Source of the DNA: Candidatus Nanoarchaeia archaeon
GTDB taxonomy: Archaea; Nanobdellota; Nanobdellia; Woesearchaeales; GW2011-AR4
DNA length: 64,000 nucleotides
Direction of reading: 5' to 3'
Assembly: GCA_035293285.1 (NCBI GenBank)
Contig: DATDOM010000046.1
Location: 5,982-69,981 of the forward strand
Both the position numbers and the translations under genes were made by a program. Positions 51,634 through 61,871 of this stretch are shown here, in pieces (positions within the stretch are counted from its first letter, which is position 1; each line of letters starts with the position of its first letter). The notes beneath the pieces are model-generated. The model did no database searches, was not told the DNA's origin, and saw only the letters and a list, made by a program, of their open reading frames with translations.

Positions 51634-54456
51634 ATGTCAGATTTTAAGGAAATATCAGCCAAATGGCAGAAAAAGTGGGAGGACTCAAAAGTATTTGAGG
51701 CAAATCCTGACAAGAGAAAAAAATTCTTCATAAATTTCCCATATCCTTACATCAATTCTTACCTTCACTTAGGCCATGCATTTTCAGTCACGAGAGTTGA
51801 TGTCTTTGCAAGATACAAAAGGATGCAGGGATTTAATGTGTTGTTTCCGCAGTCGTGGCACTGTACAGGAACGCCTGTATGGGCTGCAGCCCAAAGAGTA
51901 AAGGAAAAAGAGCCAAAGCAGCTGAAAATTCTTGAGTCGCTTGGATTCAAGGGAAAAGAAATTGAGAAGTTTTCTGATGTTAAGCACTGGATTGATGTCT
52001 TTGTCCCTGCAGCAAAAGAAGACCTCAAAAGACTTGGAGCAAGTGTTGACTGGAGAAGGAGCTTTATCACTACAGACCTTAATCCAAGATACGACAAGTT
52101 CATAAGATGGCAGTTTAGGAAGCTAAAGGAAAAGGGGCATGTAGCAAAAGGAACTCATCCTGTTGTTTGGTGCCCAAAAGACAATATGCCTGTCGGCGAC
52201 CACGACAGGGTTGAAGGGGAAGGTGAAACGCCCCAGGATTTCATATGGGTTAAATTCAGGGCCAAAGATTCTAACCTCATATTAATTGCAGGGACAACGA
52301 GGCCTGACGCTCTTTTAGGCCAGGCTAACATGTGGGTTGACCCAAAAGGCCATTATGTCATTGCGAAAGTTGGAGACGAAAAATGGGTTGTCGGAAAAGA
52401 AGTATTTTACAAAATTGAGAACCAATACAAAAAAGCAGAAGTTATTGGAAAAATAAGCCCAGGTGAATTAATGGGAAAATGGGTAAAAGGCCCTGTAGTT
52501 GACCGGGATCTTCTTGTCCTTCCTGCAGATTTTATTGATTCTTCTGTTGGCTCAGGAATTGTCTATTCGGCGCTCGAAGACCCTGTAGACTTGTTTGAGC
52601 TGAAAAAAATACAGTCGTCAGATGAAATCATAGATAAATACGGCCTTGACAAGGAATATGTAAAGAAGCTAAAGCCCTTTGAGATAATAGAAGTTGAGGG
52701 GATGGGCGGCAACCTTGGAGAAGACATTGGAAAAGAATTCAAGGTTAAATCGGCTTTGGACAAGGAACTGCTTGAAGAGGCAAAAGGGGAATTGAACAGG
52801 AGGGTTTTCAGAAAAGGGATTATGAGGAAAAGCTGCGGCAGGTTTGCAGGAAAAACTGTTCCTCAAACACAGGAAATCCTGAAAAAAGAGCTTGTTGAAT
52901 CAAGCGATGCAGTAATGTTTTACGAGCCAAGCGCAAAAGTAGTATGCAGGTGCCTAACTGAATGCACGATAAAAACAGTTTCAGACCAGTGGTTTTTGAA
53001 ATACAGCTCACCTGTTTGGAAGGAAAAGACAAGGAAAGCGCTCAAAAACATGGACCTATACCCGGAACTTGCAAGGACGCAGTTTGAATATGTGCTTGGC
53101 TGGCTAAATGACTGGGCATGCACCCACCATCACGGAACAGGAACCAAGCTGCCGTGGGATGAAGATTGGGTAATTGAATCACTTTCAGACTCAACAATTT
53201 ACATGGCATTTTACACAATTGCGCATCTGCTTAATGAGCTGCCGCCTGAAAAAATAGACGACGCCCTTTTTGATTTCGTGTTTTTAGGAATTGGCAAAGG
53301 AGACAAATCGCTTGAAAAAATAAAAAAAGAGTTTGAGTACTGGTATCCCTTTGACGTGAGAAGCTCTGGCAAGGACTTAATCCAGAACCACATGGCTTTC
53401 TGCCTTTTTAACCATACGGCAATTTTTCCAGAAAAATACTGGCCAAAGTCATTTAGCGTAAACGGCTGGCTTTTGGTTGACGGGGAAAAAATGAGCAAGA
53501 GCAAGGGAAATTTCTTCACAATAAGGGAGATTCTTGACAAATACTCAGCCGACATCGCAAGAACTTGCTTAATGCTTGGCGGCGAAGGAATGAACGACCC
53601 CAATTTTGACATGAACAATGCAAAAGCGCTTGATGAAAAGTTAATGCAGTGGCACGCTTTTGCAAAAGAGAATTACAAAAAATCAAGGCCAGGAAAATCA
53701 GGAGAGTTAAGCCTGCACGACAGGGTATTTCTGTCAAGCGTCAGCCGCCTTTTGAAAGAAGGCACTGAATCAATGGAAAAAATGCTTTTTAGGACCGCTT
53801 TTGAAAAATTGTTTTTCCAAATGCAAAAAGCCCTGAGGGATTATGAAAGAAAAGCAGAAGTCAGCCAAAAAGTAATTAATGAGTTTATAGAGCTTCAGAC
53901 AAAAGCCATAAGCCCGTTTTGCCCGTTCATCTCAGAGGAGATCTGGAGTGAAATAGGAAAAAACGGTTTTGCATCCATATCTGAATGGCCAAAATATGAC
54001 GAAAGCAGGATAGATGAAGAGGCTGAGGCGATAGCTGAATACACTGAAAACACAAGAAGGGACATTATAGAGATTTTGAGGCTCTCAAAAATACAAAATC
54101 CAAAGTCAATAAGCATCTTCATAGCTGAAAAGTGGAAGTACAAGTTCTTTGAAAAGCTGAAAAGCGAAATGAGGAATACAAGGAATGCTGGCCAGATAAT
54201 TAAGTCCTTGATGTCAACAGAATTAAAGCAGCACGGAAGCGAAATCAGCAAATTAGTGCCAAGGCTGATTTCTGATGAAAGCAGAGTCCCCTCATTTTTG
54301 TTGAACCAGGAAACAGAGGCAGGCGCAATAAAGGATTCAATGAGCCTGCTCGAAAAAGAGTTTAAGTGCAAAATTGTTGTAGAATCAGCGGAAGATTCAA
54401 AAGAGCAAAAGGCAAGGCAGGCGTTTCCGTCAAAGGCTGCAATCCTGATAAGCTAA
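51634..54456 (+). CDS. leuS: leucyl-tRNA synthetase
   Basis: 940 aa; FPYPYINSYLHLGHAFS (HIGH-type), KMSKSKGN. Confidence 0.95.
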   Translation: MSDFKEISAKWQKKWEDSKVFEANPDKRKKFFINFPYPYINSYLHLGHAFSVTRVDVFARYKRMQGFNVLFPQSWHCTGTPVWAAAQRVKEKEPKQLKILESLGFKGKEIEKFSDVKHWIDVFVPAAKEDLKRLGASVDWRRSFITTDLNPRYDKFIRWQFRKLKEKGHVAKGTHPVVWCPKDNMPVGDHDRVEGEGETPQDFIWVKFRAKDSNLILIAGTTRPDALLGQANMWVDPKGHYVIAKVGDEKWVVGKEVFYKIENQYKKAEVIGKISPGELMGKWVKGPVVDRDLLVLPADFIDSSVGSGIVYSALEDPVDLFELKKIQSSDEIIDKYGLDKEYVKKLKPFEIIEVEGMGGNLGEDIGKEFKVKSALDKELLEEAKGELNRRVFRKGIMRKSCGRFAGKTVPQTQEILKKELVESSDAVMFYEPSAKVVCRCLTECTIKTVSDQWFLKYSSPVWKEKTRKALKNMDLYPELARTQFEYVLGWLNDWACTHHHGTGTKLPWDEDWVIESLSDSTIYMAFYTIAHLLNELPPEKIDDALFDFVFLGIGKGDKSLEKIKKEFEYWYPFDVRSSGKDLIQNHMAFCLFNHTAIFPEKYWPKSFSVNGWLLVDGEKMSKSKGNFFTIREILDKYSADIARTCLMLGGEGMNDPNFDMNNAKALDEKLMQWHAFAKENYKKSRPGKSGELSLHDRVFLSSVSRLLKEGTESMEKMLFRTAFEKLFFQMQKALRDYERKAEVSQKVINEFIELQTKAISPFCPFISEEIWSEIGKNGFASISEWPKYDESRIDEEAEAIAEYTENTRRDIIEILRLSKIQNPKSISIFIAEKWKYKFFEKLKSEMRNTRNAGQIIKSLMSTELKQHGSEISKLVPRLISDESRVPSFLLNQETEAGAIKDSMSLLEKEFKCKIVVESAEDSKEQKARQAFPSKAAILIS

Positions 54457-54905
54457 TTTTTATTTTTTGGCTTTTTCTTGGGGATTGTCATAACCGGAAG
54501 CTCTTCATCTCCGACCAATTTTGTTTTGTCATAATGGAATACATCCTTAAGATTTCTCAATAAATTTCCGGTCCTTTGCTTTACGTTGGGATTTCCCATC
54601 CTTTTAAACCAAAACTCCTCTCTCTCCTCGACAAAATGGGTCGCAAGCACCGAAAGGCAGTATAGCGCAAGGCCAACGCCTACAAATGCAAAGAATATAG
54701 TGAATATTTTTCCACCGTCAGTTCTTGGAGTTATGTCACCATATCCAATAGTAGTCATTGTTGCGGTCGTAAAGTAAAGCGCATCAAGATAGCGCCAGTT
54801 CTCGGCATAATGATAAAACGAAGCACCCAGAAAAAGCGTAAGGAGTAGCACTAAAATCACATAAAAAAGCTTTTTGTGGTATTCTGTGTGGTCTTCGTCC
54901 ATCAT
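54453..54905 (-). CDS. two-TM potassium channel (pore-only)
   Basis: Selectivity filter TTIGYGD between two TM helices. Confidence 0.8.
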   Translation of the reverse strand: MMDEDHTEYHKKLFYVILVLLLTLFLGASFYHYAENWRYLDALYFTTATMTTIGYGDITPRTDGGKIFTIFFAFVGVGLALYCLSVLATHFVEEREEFWFKRMGNPNVKQRTGNLLRNLKDVFHYDKTKLVGDEELPVMTIPKKKPKNKN

Positions 54906-56725
54906 TTCAACCTTTTTGTATTTTTGACAAGGGGTTTAATAACTTTCCTTAATTTGGGGATTTCAAGCCTGTTGCTTTTTACAACTGAAATAATAATTTT
55001 TGCGGATTTAAGGCCGAAATATACTATCACTGCCCCTGCTGCTACCCAGACTACGTTAAATATTGGATGAAGGCCGAATATGAGTGAAACGCCGGGATAT
55101 GAAAAGACGACGATAAAAAGCAGCATTATTATGAAAAAATTCCTGATAATTGTTCTGGTGTCCTTGGCATTTGAAGGGTAAAGGTTCCTGAGAAGCGCAG
55201 GGAATTTTGCAAAAATATCAGAAATGTTCCTGAAAATTGTTATTATAGGGAATATTGAACCGATAAGGAGTGCGCCTATTGCAAATATAAAGAAAATATT
55301 TTGCCTGTAGTTCTGCGGGTAAAAAATTGTAAAAAGCCTCCAGACGAAAAATCCTGTGATGAAAAACGCCAAAAGGACAAGCACGCTTTTGAGTATCCTC
55401 TTTGAGTCTGGCAAAAGTGTTGCAGTATTTATCCTGCTTGCAAGCATCTTCCATGAAAGATTGTTGATGTATGATGCAGTAGCTCTTGATTTTTCTATCA
55501 ATCCCTGAGGAGAATGCCTCAAAAAGGAGTTATAAATCTGGTCATTTTTATTGAGCAAAAATGACATTGCAATTGAAGATACCAGTATGATTATGGAAGT
55601 GATGCTGACTAAGTCTATGTTAAATCCAAGGCCCGACGCCTCCTTTGCAATGAGAAGTGAAAACTCACCCACTGAAACCATTGCAATGCCGCTAAACACT
55701 GCCTGCTTCCCGCTGAAATTTGAAAGTATGTAACTCCCATACCCTATTGCGAGAAATTTTGAGATTATGTTTACAAGGATAAGCACAATTATGAGAAAAA
55801 GGCTTGTCTTTAGAACAGAGAAATTAACAATAGTCCCTACCGAAAAGAAAAACAATGAAGTGAATGTAAGTATGAACGGGTGTATTGACTTGTCAAATGA
55901 TTTTGACTGAGGAAGGGAAGCTACCATGTTTCCTGCAAGGAATGCTCCAACTGAAGGCGAGAGATTGATTATGTATGCAAGATAGCTCATTGCGCCGCAA
56001 AGTCCAAGAGAAACAAAAGTGATTGTCTCGTCAGTCTTATACTTGATAAGCCAGTCTATTATTGGCTTTATCGCCCGTTTAAGTATCATGTAAGCAACAA
56101 TCAGGACAGCCATTGAGAACAAAAGTTCAGTAACTAAATTTAATGGCTGCAAGTCTCCCTGGGTGTTAAGGCCTGAAAAAAATGTAAGCGCAAAAACTCC
56201 ATAGATGTCTTCAATTATCAAAACAGCTATCAGAAGCGGAATTTCCCCCCGTTTAGCCATGCCCTTTTGCTCAAGGATTTTCATAAATATTACTGTGCTC
56301 GTAATTGAAAGAATTACTGCAATATAGAGCGCAAGTATGAAATCTATCCCGAAGAATATTGACGTATAATATGACAAAATAAACACTAATCCCAGCTTGA
56401 ATATTGCAAGAAGGATTCCTTTAATCCCGACTTTTATGAGGTTTTGAAGGCTAAACTCTATCCCCACTGTAAATAAAAGCAGTATAGCCCCTATCTCTAT
56501 TGAAATGTTGATAAGCTCTTTGTCCTGCACAAATCCAAATACATTTGGACCTACAAGCGCGCCAACAATAATAAGCCCAAGCACGGAAGGCTGCCTAAAT
56601 CTTACAGCAAGAACCCCTCCGAGAATTGAAAATAACAATATAAGTCCAAGCTCAGTCGATAAAACCATAATATGGCTCGGAATTGCTGAGTATAAATAAT
56701 TTTTCAATATTAAATCAAAAATCAT
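54902..56725 (-). CDS. cation:proton antiporter (CPA2/Kef-like)
   Basis: 607 aa, polytopic, Na+/H+ exchanger-like N-terminal 380 aa plus extra C-terminal TM segments; 4-nt overlap with the channel gene. Confidence 0.75.
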   Translation of the reverse strand: MIFDLILKNYLYSAIPSHIMVLSTELGLILLFSILGGVLAVRFRQPSVLGLIIVGALVGPNVFGFVQDKELINISIEIGAILLLFTVGIEFSLQNLIKVGIKGILLAIFKLGLVFILSYYTSIFFGIDFILALYIAVILSITSTVIFMKILEQKGMAKRGEIPLLIAVLIIEDIYGVFALTFFSGLNTQGDLQPLNLVTELLFSMAVLIVAYMILKRAIKPIIDWLIKYKTDETITFVSLGLCGAMSYLAYIINLSPSVGAFLAGNMVASLPQSKSFDKSIHPFILTFTSLFFFSVGTIVNFSVLKTSLFLIIVLILVNIISKFLAIGYGSYILSNFSGKQAVFSGIAMVSVGEFSLLIAKEASGLGFNIDLVSITSIIILVSSIAMSFLLNKNDQIYNSFLRHSPQGLIEKSRATASYINNLSWKMLASRINTATLLPDSKRILKSVLVLLAFFITGFFVWRLFTIFYPQNYRQNIFFIFAIGALLIGSIFPIITIFRNISDIFAKFPALLRNLYPSNAKDTRTIIRNFFIIMLLFIVVFSYPGVSLIFGLHPIFNVVWVAAGAVIVYFGLKSAKIIISVVKSNRLEIPKLRKVIKPLVKNTKRLK

Positions 56726-56761
56726 ATAAATGAGTCTTACCTTCAGTTCATTAATTCTAAA

Positions 56762-57652
56762 ATGAAAATAATAATTTTGGGTGCGGGTGCAATCGGAAGC
56801 CTTTACGGGGCAAAGCTGTCAGAGCATAATGATGTAACGCTTGTCTGCAGGGAAAAACACGCAGGTGCAATAAACAAAAGCGGCCTTAAGGTTGAGGGGA
56901 TAATAAACCGGACATATGATGTAAGGGCAGTTACTAAAATAAAAAATATAGAAAAGACCACGCTTTTGATTGTTACAACAAAAGCCCAGGACAGTAAAAA
57001 GGCATTTCTTCCGGTAAAAAACCTAATAAGAAAAGACACAATAATATTGTGCCTCCAAAACGGCCTTTACAGCGAGGATATTATAAAAAAAATTGTTGGA
57101 AAAAGGTGCTTGGTTCTTCGTGCAATTACAAACTTTGGCGCAATCTTTCTAGAGCCCGGGAAAGTCTCATACAAAACAGACAGCTACACTTCAATAGAAA
57201 AAAGCAAATTCAGTGAAAAAATTGCGCAAAATTTTACAAAGTGCGGATTGAATGCACATGTTTCAAAAAACATAAAACATGACATGTGGAAAAAACTTGT
57301 TCTAAACTGCGCACTAAATCCAGTTACTGCAATTCTCAAAATCACGAATGGCGGGATTATAGACCAAAGGCTCGACCCCCTGAAAAAGCTGATAATAGAT
57401 GAATGTATCAGAGTTGCAAAAAAAGACGGAATAAATTTTGATTTCGATTTCCTGGAATTCCTCAACAAGGAGTTCAAAAATTCAAAAAACCGCTCGTCAA
57501 TGCAGCAGGATTTGTTAAAAGGTAAAAAGACTGAAATAGATTATCTGAATGGCGCTGTTGTAAACCTTGGAAAAAAATTCGGGATTAAATGCCCAGTAAA
57601 CAGTGCAATTGTTTCTATAATCAAGGAGATGGAAAGACTGCCTAAAGCCTGA
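56762..57652 (+). CDS. panE: 2-dehydropantoate 2-reductase
   Basis: MKIIILGAGAIGSLYGAKL (Rossmann), ...DMWKKLVLNCALNPVTAIL..., SSMQQDLLKGKKTEIDYLNG. Confidence 0.8.
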   Translation: MKIIILGAGAIGSLYGAKLSEHNDVTLVCREKHAGAINKSGLKVEGIINRTYDVRAVTKIKNIEKTTLLIVTTKAQDSKKAFLPVKNLIRKDTIILCLQNGLYSEDIIKKIVGKRCLVLRAITNFGAIFLEPGKVSYKTDSYTSIEKSKFSEKIAQNFTKCGLNAHVSKNIKHDMWKKLVLNCALNPVTAILKITNGGIIDQRLDPLKKLIIDECIRVAKKDGINFDFDFLEFLNKEFKNSKNRSSMQQDLLKGKKTEIDYLNGAVVNLGKKFGIKCPVNSAIVSIIKEMERLPKA

Positions 57653-57694
57653 TTCAAACAAACCTTTAAATAACTAATTTGATACTGTGTTGAT

Positions 57695-58495
57695 ATGAAA
57701 CTAAAAGAAGTTTTGATAGTCTACACGATTCCAAGAACAAAAGAGCAGAAAGTCTCGCTTGAGCACGTTAAAAAAATACTGAAAAAGCACGAAATCGGTT
57801 TTGAGCTTGCAAACAGGGACGAGCTTAATAAATTAAAATCAAGGTTTGAGAATAAAAGCCTGATTATTGCAGTAGGGGGAGACGGAACTTTCCTGAGAGC
57901 TGCGCAGTTTGTGACATCTGTTCCGGTTCTCGGGGTCAATGCTGACGTGAAAAACAAGGAAGGATTTCTGATGCGCTCAAGTAAAACCGACTTTGAAGCA
58001 AAGCTCAAAAGAATTTCCAAAGGGGATTTCAAAATAAGAAAGCTTGCAAGGCTAAAAGCATACATAAAAGGCAAGAAGCTGCCTGTTTATGCCCTCAATG
58101 AATTTTTCATAGGACCGAAAAAAGCTTACCACGCAGCAAAGTATGAACTAACAGTCAAAGGCCGGACTGAAGTGCACAAAAGCAGTGGAGTCATTGTGGC
58201 AACGGCAACAGGAAGCCACGCCTGGGCAAAGGCATGTAGAGGAAAAGTTCTTGATTTGGGCTCCGGCAATTTCCAGTATGTCGTAAGGGAGCCTTTTGAA
58301 GGCAAGGTATTTAGGGGCTACAGGCTGAAAAGCGGGGTCTTAAATCACAAAGAAGTCCTGAAAATAAAGTCTGAAATGCTTGACGGCGTAATAATAGCCG
58401 ACTCTGTAGGAAAAGAATACGATTTTAAGGACAAAAGCAGGGCAAAAATAAAATTGTCAAAAAATCCTGTAAAGCAGGTGTACTTTGAAGACTGA
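57695..58495 (+). CDS. nadK: NAD kinase
   Basis: LIIAVGGDGTFLRAAQ; ...ATATGSHAWA... Confidence 0.85.
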   Translation: MKLKEVLIVYTIPRTKEQKVSLEHVKKILKKHEIGFELANRDELNKLKSRFENKSLIIAVGGDGTFLRAAQFVTSVPVLGVNADVKNKEGFLMRSSKTDFEAKLKRISKGDFKIRKLARLKAYIKGKKLPVYALNEFFIGPKKAYHAAKYELTVKGRTEVHKSSGVIVATATGSHAWAKACRGKVLDLGSGNFQYVVREPFEGKVFRGYRLKSGVLNHKEVLKIKSEMLDGVIIADSVGKEYDFKDKSRAKIKLSKNPVKQVYFED

Positions 58496-58498
58496 TAA

Positions 58499-59467
58499 AT
58501 GAAAAATAAAGATTATTTCTCGGAATTTGAATTGATAGATTTAATCAGGAAAAAGGCAAAAATCTCAAAAAGTTCTGCTGTCAGGGGAATTGGGGATGAT
58601 GCCGCTGTAATAAATTATGATAAGAAAAATTACATGCTCTTCACAACAGACTCGCTTGTTGAAAATGTTCATTTCTCGCTAAATTATTTCAGCCCGAAGC
58701 AGGTTGGTATGAAAGCAGTTGAGCAGAATGTGAGCGACATAGCTGCGATGGGAGGCATTCCAAAATTTGCGCTTGTTTCGCTCGGCCTGAAAAAAAGCAC
58801 AAATAAAAAATTTGTGGAATCGCTTTACGACGGAATACTGAAAGCTGCTTCAAAATATAAAATTGAAGCTATTGGAGGCAACATAACAAGCTCAAAAGAT
58901 AATTTCATAACAATTTTCCTTGCGGGTTTTGTTGAAAAAAAGAAAATTTGTTTAAGAAGTGCTGCAAAAAAAGGGGACTTGGTTTTCTGCACAGGCAATG
59001 TAGGGAAATCCGCTGCAGGCCTTGAGCTTTTGAAATCAAAAAAAACAGGGGAATCAGTAAAATCCCACATTGAGCCAAAATCAAGGCTTGCCTTGTCCCA
59101 AAAGCTTGTAAGGATTGGAATAAATTCAATGATTGACGTCAGCGACGGAGTTGCGCCAGAAATAAGTCACATCTGTCAAGAATCAAAAGTAGGCGCAGTA
59201 ATTTATGCAGATAAATTGCCAATATCAGAATCGACAATTGAAGATGCAAAAAAATCCAGAAAAAATCCTGTTGATTTTGCGCTTTACGGAGGAGAAGATT
59301 TTGAGCTGATTTTTACAGCAGATAAAAGCAGGCTTTCAAAGCTCAAAAATCTCGATGTTTCAGTTATAGGAGAAATTATTGATAAAAAATATGGAGTCAA
59401 AGTTGTTAAAGGCGGCAAAGAAATCAAGATAAAAAAAGGGTTTGATCATTTTGCTGCTGGCAATTAA
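58499..59467 (+). CDS. thiL: thiamine-monophosphate kinase
   Basis: GIGDDAAVI, FTTDSLVENVHF, NVSDIAAMGG (AIR-synthase-like fold, ThiL pattern). Confidence 0.8.
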   Translation: MKNKDYFSEFELIDLIRKKAKISKSSAVRGIGDDAAVINYDKKNYMLFTTDSLVENVHFSLNYFSPKQVGMKAVEQNVSDIAAMGGIPKFALVSLGLKKSTNKKFVESLYDGILKAASKYKIEAIGGNITSSKDNFITIFLAGFVEKKKICLRSAAKKGDLVFCTGNVGKSAAGLELLKSKKTGESVKSHIEPKSRLALSQKLVRIGINSMIDVSDGVAPEISHICQESKVGAVIYADKLPISESTIEDAKKSRKNPVDFALYGGEDFELIFTADKSRLSKLKNLDVSVIGEIIDKKYGVKVVKGGKEIKIKKGFDHFAAGN

Positions 59468-59486
59468 AGGTGTTACTAGTTTAAAT

Positions 59487-59572
59487 TAATGTAATAAACT
59501 GAGGCAAAATTTTAATGGCAGAAGAAATTTTGCCGAGTGTAATTATGGTCGCCCAAAGCGACGGATTGAAGT
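59487..59572 (+). repeat. two-hairpin repeat, short form (copy E9)
   Basis: TTAATGTAATAAACTGAGG, H1 ggcaaaattt/aaattttgcc (59503-59534), H2 ggtcgc/gcgac. Confidence 0.7.
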
Positions 59573-59657
59573 AAAAAATAAAAGTAAGAACCTCTAAAAT
59601 ATTAAGTAGAGGACGTGCCCAAAAATGAACAAATTGAGACTATTGCAAGTTAACCCT

Positions 59658-59893
59658 TATTCTTCCTCAACTCTGTGACCCAAAGACACCGAAGTTCAAG
59701 ATTACCGCTGCTTCCTTCCAGACCTGACGGATTTTCAAGAGCTTTAGCCCCTTGAGGCAGAGTCTCAACGTCGGAATAAGGCTGGCAACAATCACAATTG
59801 CCGCTTTTTGAGCTTCACCGCGCCTAAAGCACATCTGCGCTGACAGGAGAGTGCTGACCTCCCGGCAAAGTCCTCCGTAGGTTAGGAAGATAA
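59658..59893 (-). ncRNA. ffs: signal recognition particle RNA (7S/SRP RNA)
   Basis: Minus-strand read contains GTCAGGTCTGGAAGGAAGCAGC (59707-59728), the universal helix-8 motif. The ends pair: tcttcctaac/gttgaggaaga. Confidence 0.8.
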
Positions 59894-59930
59894 TGCAGTT
59901 TTAAAAGCTTGCCATAAGTCTATTTTTTAT

Positions 59931-60133
59931 TGAGTGAAACCAGAAGGATTCACACACGGGTTTTCTTTGTGAAAACCCTACTCACAAAGGTAAAATCCAC
60001 ACTGCGCATGGAGTTTCCCTCTGCATTCGGTGTTCATCCACTTTACGTAAAGTTATTGAAATATTCGAGGCAAATTTTAGTGCCATTCAAAATTTGCCGA
60101 GTGTAAATATTGTTGTCAAACAACCGATTTAAG
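59931..60133 (+). repeat. GC-rich hairpin module + two-hairpin repeat, short form (copy E10)
   Basis: gggttttc/gaaaaccc hairpin, TCGGTGTTCATCCAC box, GTTATTGAAATATTCGAGG, H1 60069-60098, H2 gttg/caac. Confidence 0.7.
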
Positions 60134-60170
60134 TAAAAAAATTAATTAGAATTCTATAATCAAAAACAAA

Positions 60171-61118
60171 TTATATAATCCATACAACCAAATACCCAAC
60201 CAAACATCCAAAACTAAGTATTGGCATTGCAGGATAAAACTTATTTTTTTCTCCCTTCATCAAAAGGTAAAGAAGTGCAATTGAGGCAAAAAGCGGGATA
60301 ATAAGGGTTTTAAGAAAGCCAGTCAAAACAGTTTCTGTCAGCATTAAATCTTTCATCACAACTCCTGCAAAAATCAATGTAAATCCAACGTCGCCTCCTC
60401 CTAAAATTGCCACGCGCGTCCTTGAGCTTTTGGCAGTCTTTTCAGAAGAGTTTGGAGAAGAAATTATTTCAATCTTTTCATGCCGCCCGCTTTCATGTTT
60501 TTTGCCGTGGGTTTTTGGAGCTTCGTAAGGAATCATAAGCCCTGCAAAAACTTTTGAGCTTGATTGGAACGTTGCAAGTTTTACCATGTGTTTGGTTTTA
60601 TAGACTGCAATAAAATCATAAATTGAAATTACAATAAGCATCATAAAAGCAGAAAACAAGTTGAAAATGTTGACAAAAAACGCCGCAAGACCGCCGTAAA
60701 TAAAAATCTCAGATAAGTTTTGGATGTAAACATTCGGGCGGTACAATCTCCATCCAGCCAAAATTAATGCAATAACTGCGGCAGCATAATAATTAATGAA
60801 AGCCCCGAAAGCAATTGTCAGTGTCGTAGTTACCGAGAAGAAAAACATTATTTTCCAGATAAGCGGCTTATTGTACTTTACAATCAAAAGCGCAAATCCT
60901 GTACCTACGAGAATTGAGATAATTATCAGAATGTAAGAAGTGGATTTATTTTCAACTTCTGGCCTCTCAATTCCAAGTGGAAGCGGCTTCATCACAGTCT
61001 CTTTTATTTCAATGCTTTTTTTGTGGTCGATGTACTGGTTTATTATCAATAGTCCAAGGAACTGCGCCAGAAGAAAAAAAGCGATGAGAATTGCAGTGAC
61101 TTTATATGTGTGCTTCAT
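60171..61118 (-). CDS. presenilin/signal-peptide-peptidase-like intramembrane aspartyl protease
   Basis: YDFIAVY and LGGGDVGF catalytic motifs plus a PAMP(I)L PAL-like motif; polytopic. Confidence 0.8.
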   Translation of the reverse strand: MKHTYKVTAILIAFFLLAQFLGLLIINQYIDHKKSIEIKETVMKPLPLGIERPEVENKSTSYILIIISILVGTGFALLIVKYNKPLIWKIMFFFSVTTTLTIAFGAFINYYAAAVIALILAGWRLYRPNVYIQNLSEIFIYGGLAAFFVNIFNLFSAFMMLIVISIYDFIAVYKTKHMVKLATFQSSSKVFAGLMIPYEAPKTHGKKHESGRHEKIEIISSPNSSEKTAKSSRTRVAILGGGDVGFTLIFAGVVMKDLMLTETVLTGFLKTLIIPLFASIALLYLLMKGEKNKFYPAMPILSFGCLVGYLVVWII

Positions 61119-61352
61119 CCAATGACAAAAAGAATAATAGTTTAATAAGTTATTGATTGTCGTCGTTATTTTGCTCCAGTGGTAAAAAATTCAAAACATT
61201 TAAATATAAGCTCCTCTACAGATACGAGATAATGGCATATAACACAGTGTGGACTGGAAAATGTATTCTGATTTTTAATAGGGTCCACTATCTGATGTGT
61301 TAGGCCATTTTAACATCAACTTTTTTTTCTAATAACACAGGAGGTGCATAAA

Positions 61353-61457
61353 ATGGAACAAAAAACAAAACTAAGCTCTGCGGCTGATGATGAATTCCTT
61401 CGGGATTTGTTAGTTGTAGACTTAAACAACCGCGGCGAAGAATCGAAATTTAAGTGA
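61353..61457 (+). CDS. small ORF (34 aa) with GGAGG-type ribosome-binding site
   Basis: Own translation: MEQKTKLSSAADDEFLRDLLVVDLNNRGEESKFK. Its start region is homologous to that of 62053-62139. Confidence 0.35.
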   Translation: MEQKTKLSSAADDEFLRDLLVVDLNNRGEESKFK

Positions 61458-61461
61458 AAGT

Positions 61462-61551
61462 ATGAACAAAGGTAAACATTTATATATTATGTGGAATAAC
61501 CTTTGGCTTATGATTAGGTCAAGTTATTTTGGAAATTGTTGTTGCTGTTAG
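61462..61551 (+). CDS. small ORF (29 aa) ending Cys-Cys-Cys-Cys
   Basis: Own translation: MNKGKHLYIMWNNLWLMIRSSYFGNCCCC*. Confidence 0.3.
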   Translation: MNKGKHLYIMWNNLWLMIRSSYFGNCCCC

Positions 61552-61644
61552 TTCTCATCTTGTTAGTTAAACTTTTAAATTGCAGGTTTTATTCATTCAA
61601 AATCACAAATAATCAAATTTAACAATATCAAGTTCGCATAAAAA

Positions 61645-61842
61645 TAAAAAAGACGAAGGATGTTAGGCAGCCGCCAATAACTGCGGCTGCATTCATTGAA
61701 CACAAAATTCGCACATTCGCCCCATTTTGGGCGAAAGTTGATAAAAAGTACCAAGTAAACAATTGAAACCCGCATTGCGGCGGGTTGTAAGATAAATGCG
61801 CGCCATTGTGGCGCGCCTAACATTCGCGGAGCAGGTTTAAAA
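61645..61842 (+). repeat. A-type hairpin module ending in a TATA-like box ~28 nt upstream of the tRNA-like gene
   Basis: Collinear with 42744-42955; gttaggc/gcctaac long-range pair; ends CGCGGAGCAGGTTTAAAAAAACC. Confidence 0.6.
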
Positions 61843-61871
61843 AAACCAATTAAAAAAATAATAAAACTGAT

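Noticed and set aside
54453-56725. Overlapping K+ channel and CPA2 antiporter genes as a novel system
   Set aside because: Co-located monovalent-cation transport genes are common. The 4-nt overlap only indicates an operon.
10693-60133. Whether the recurring hairpin repeats form a CRISPR array
   Set aside because: The ten copies are scattered 0.5-15 kb apart in separate intergenic regions, with no regular repeat-spacer periodicity and no cas genes in the window.
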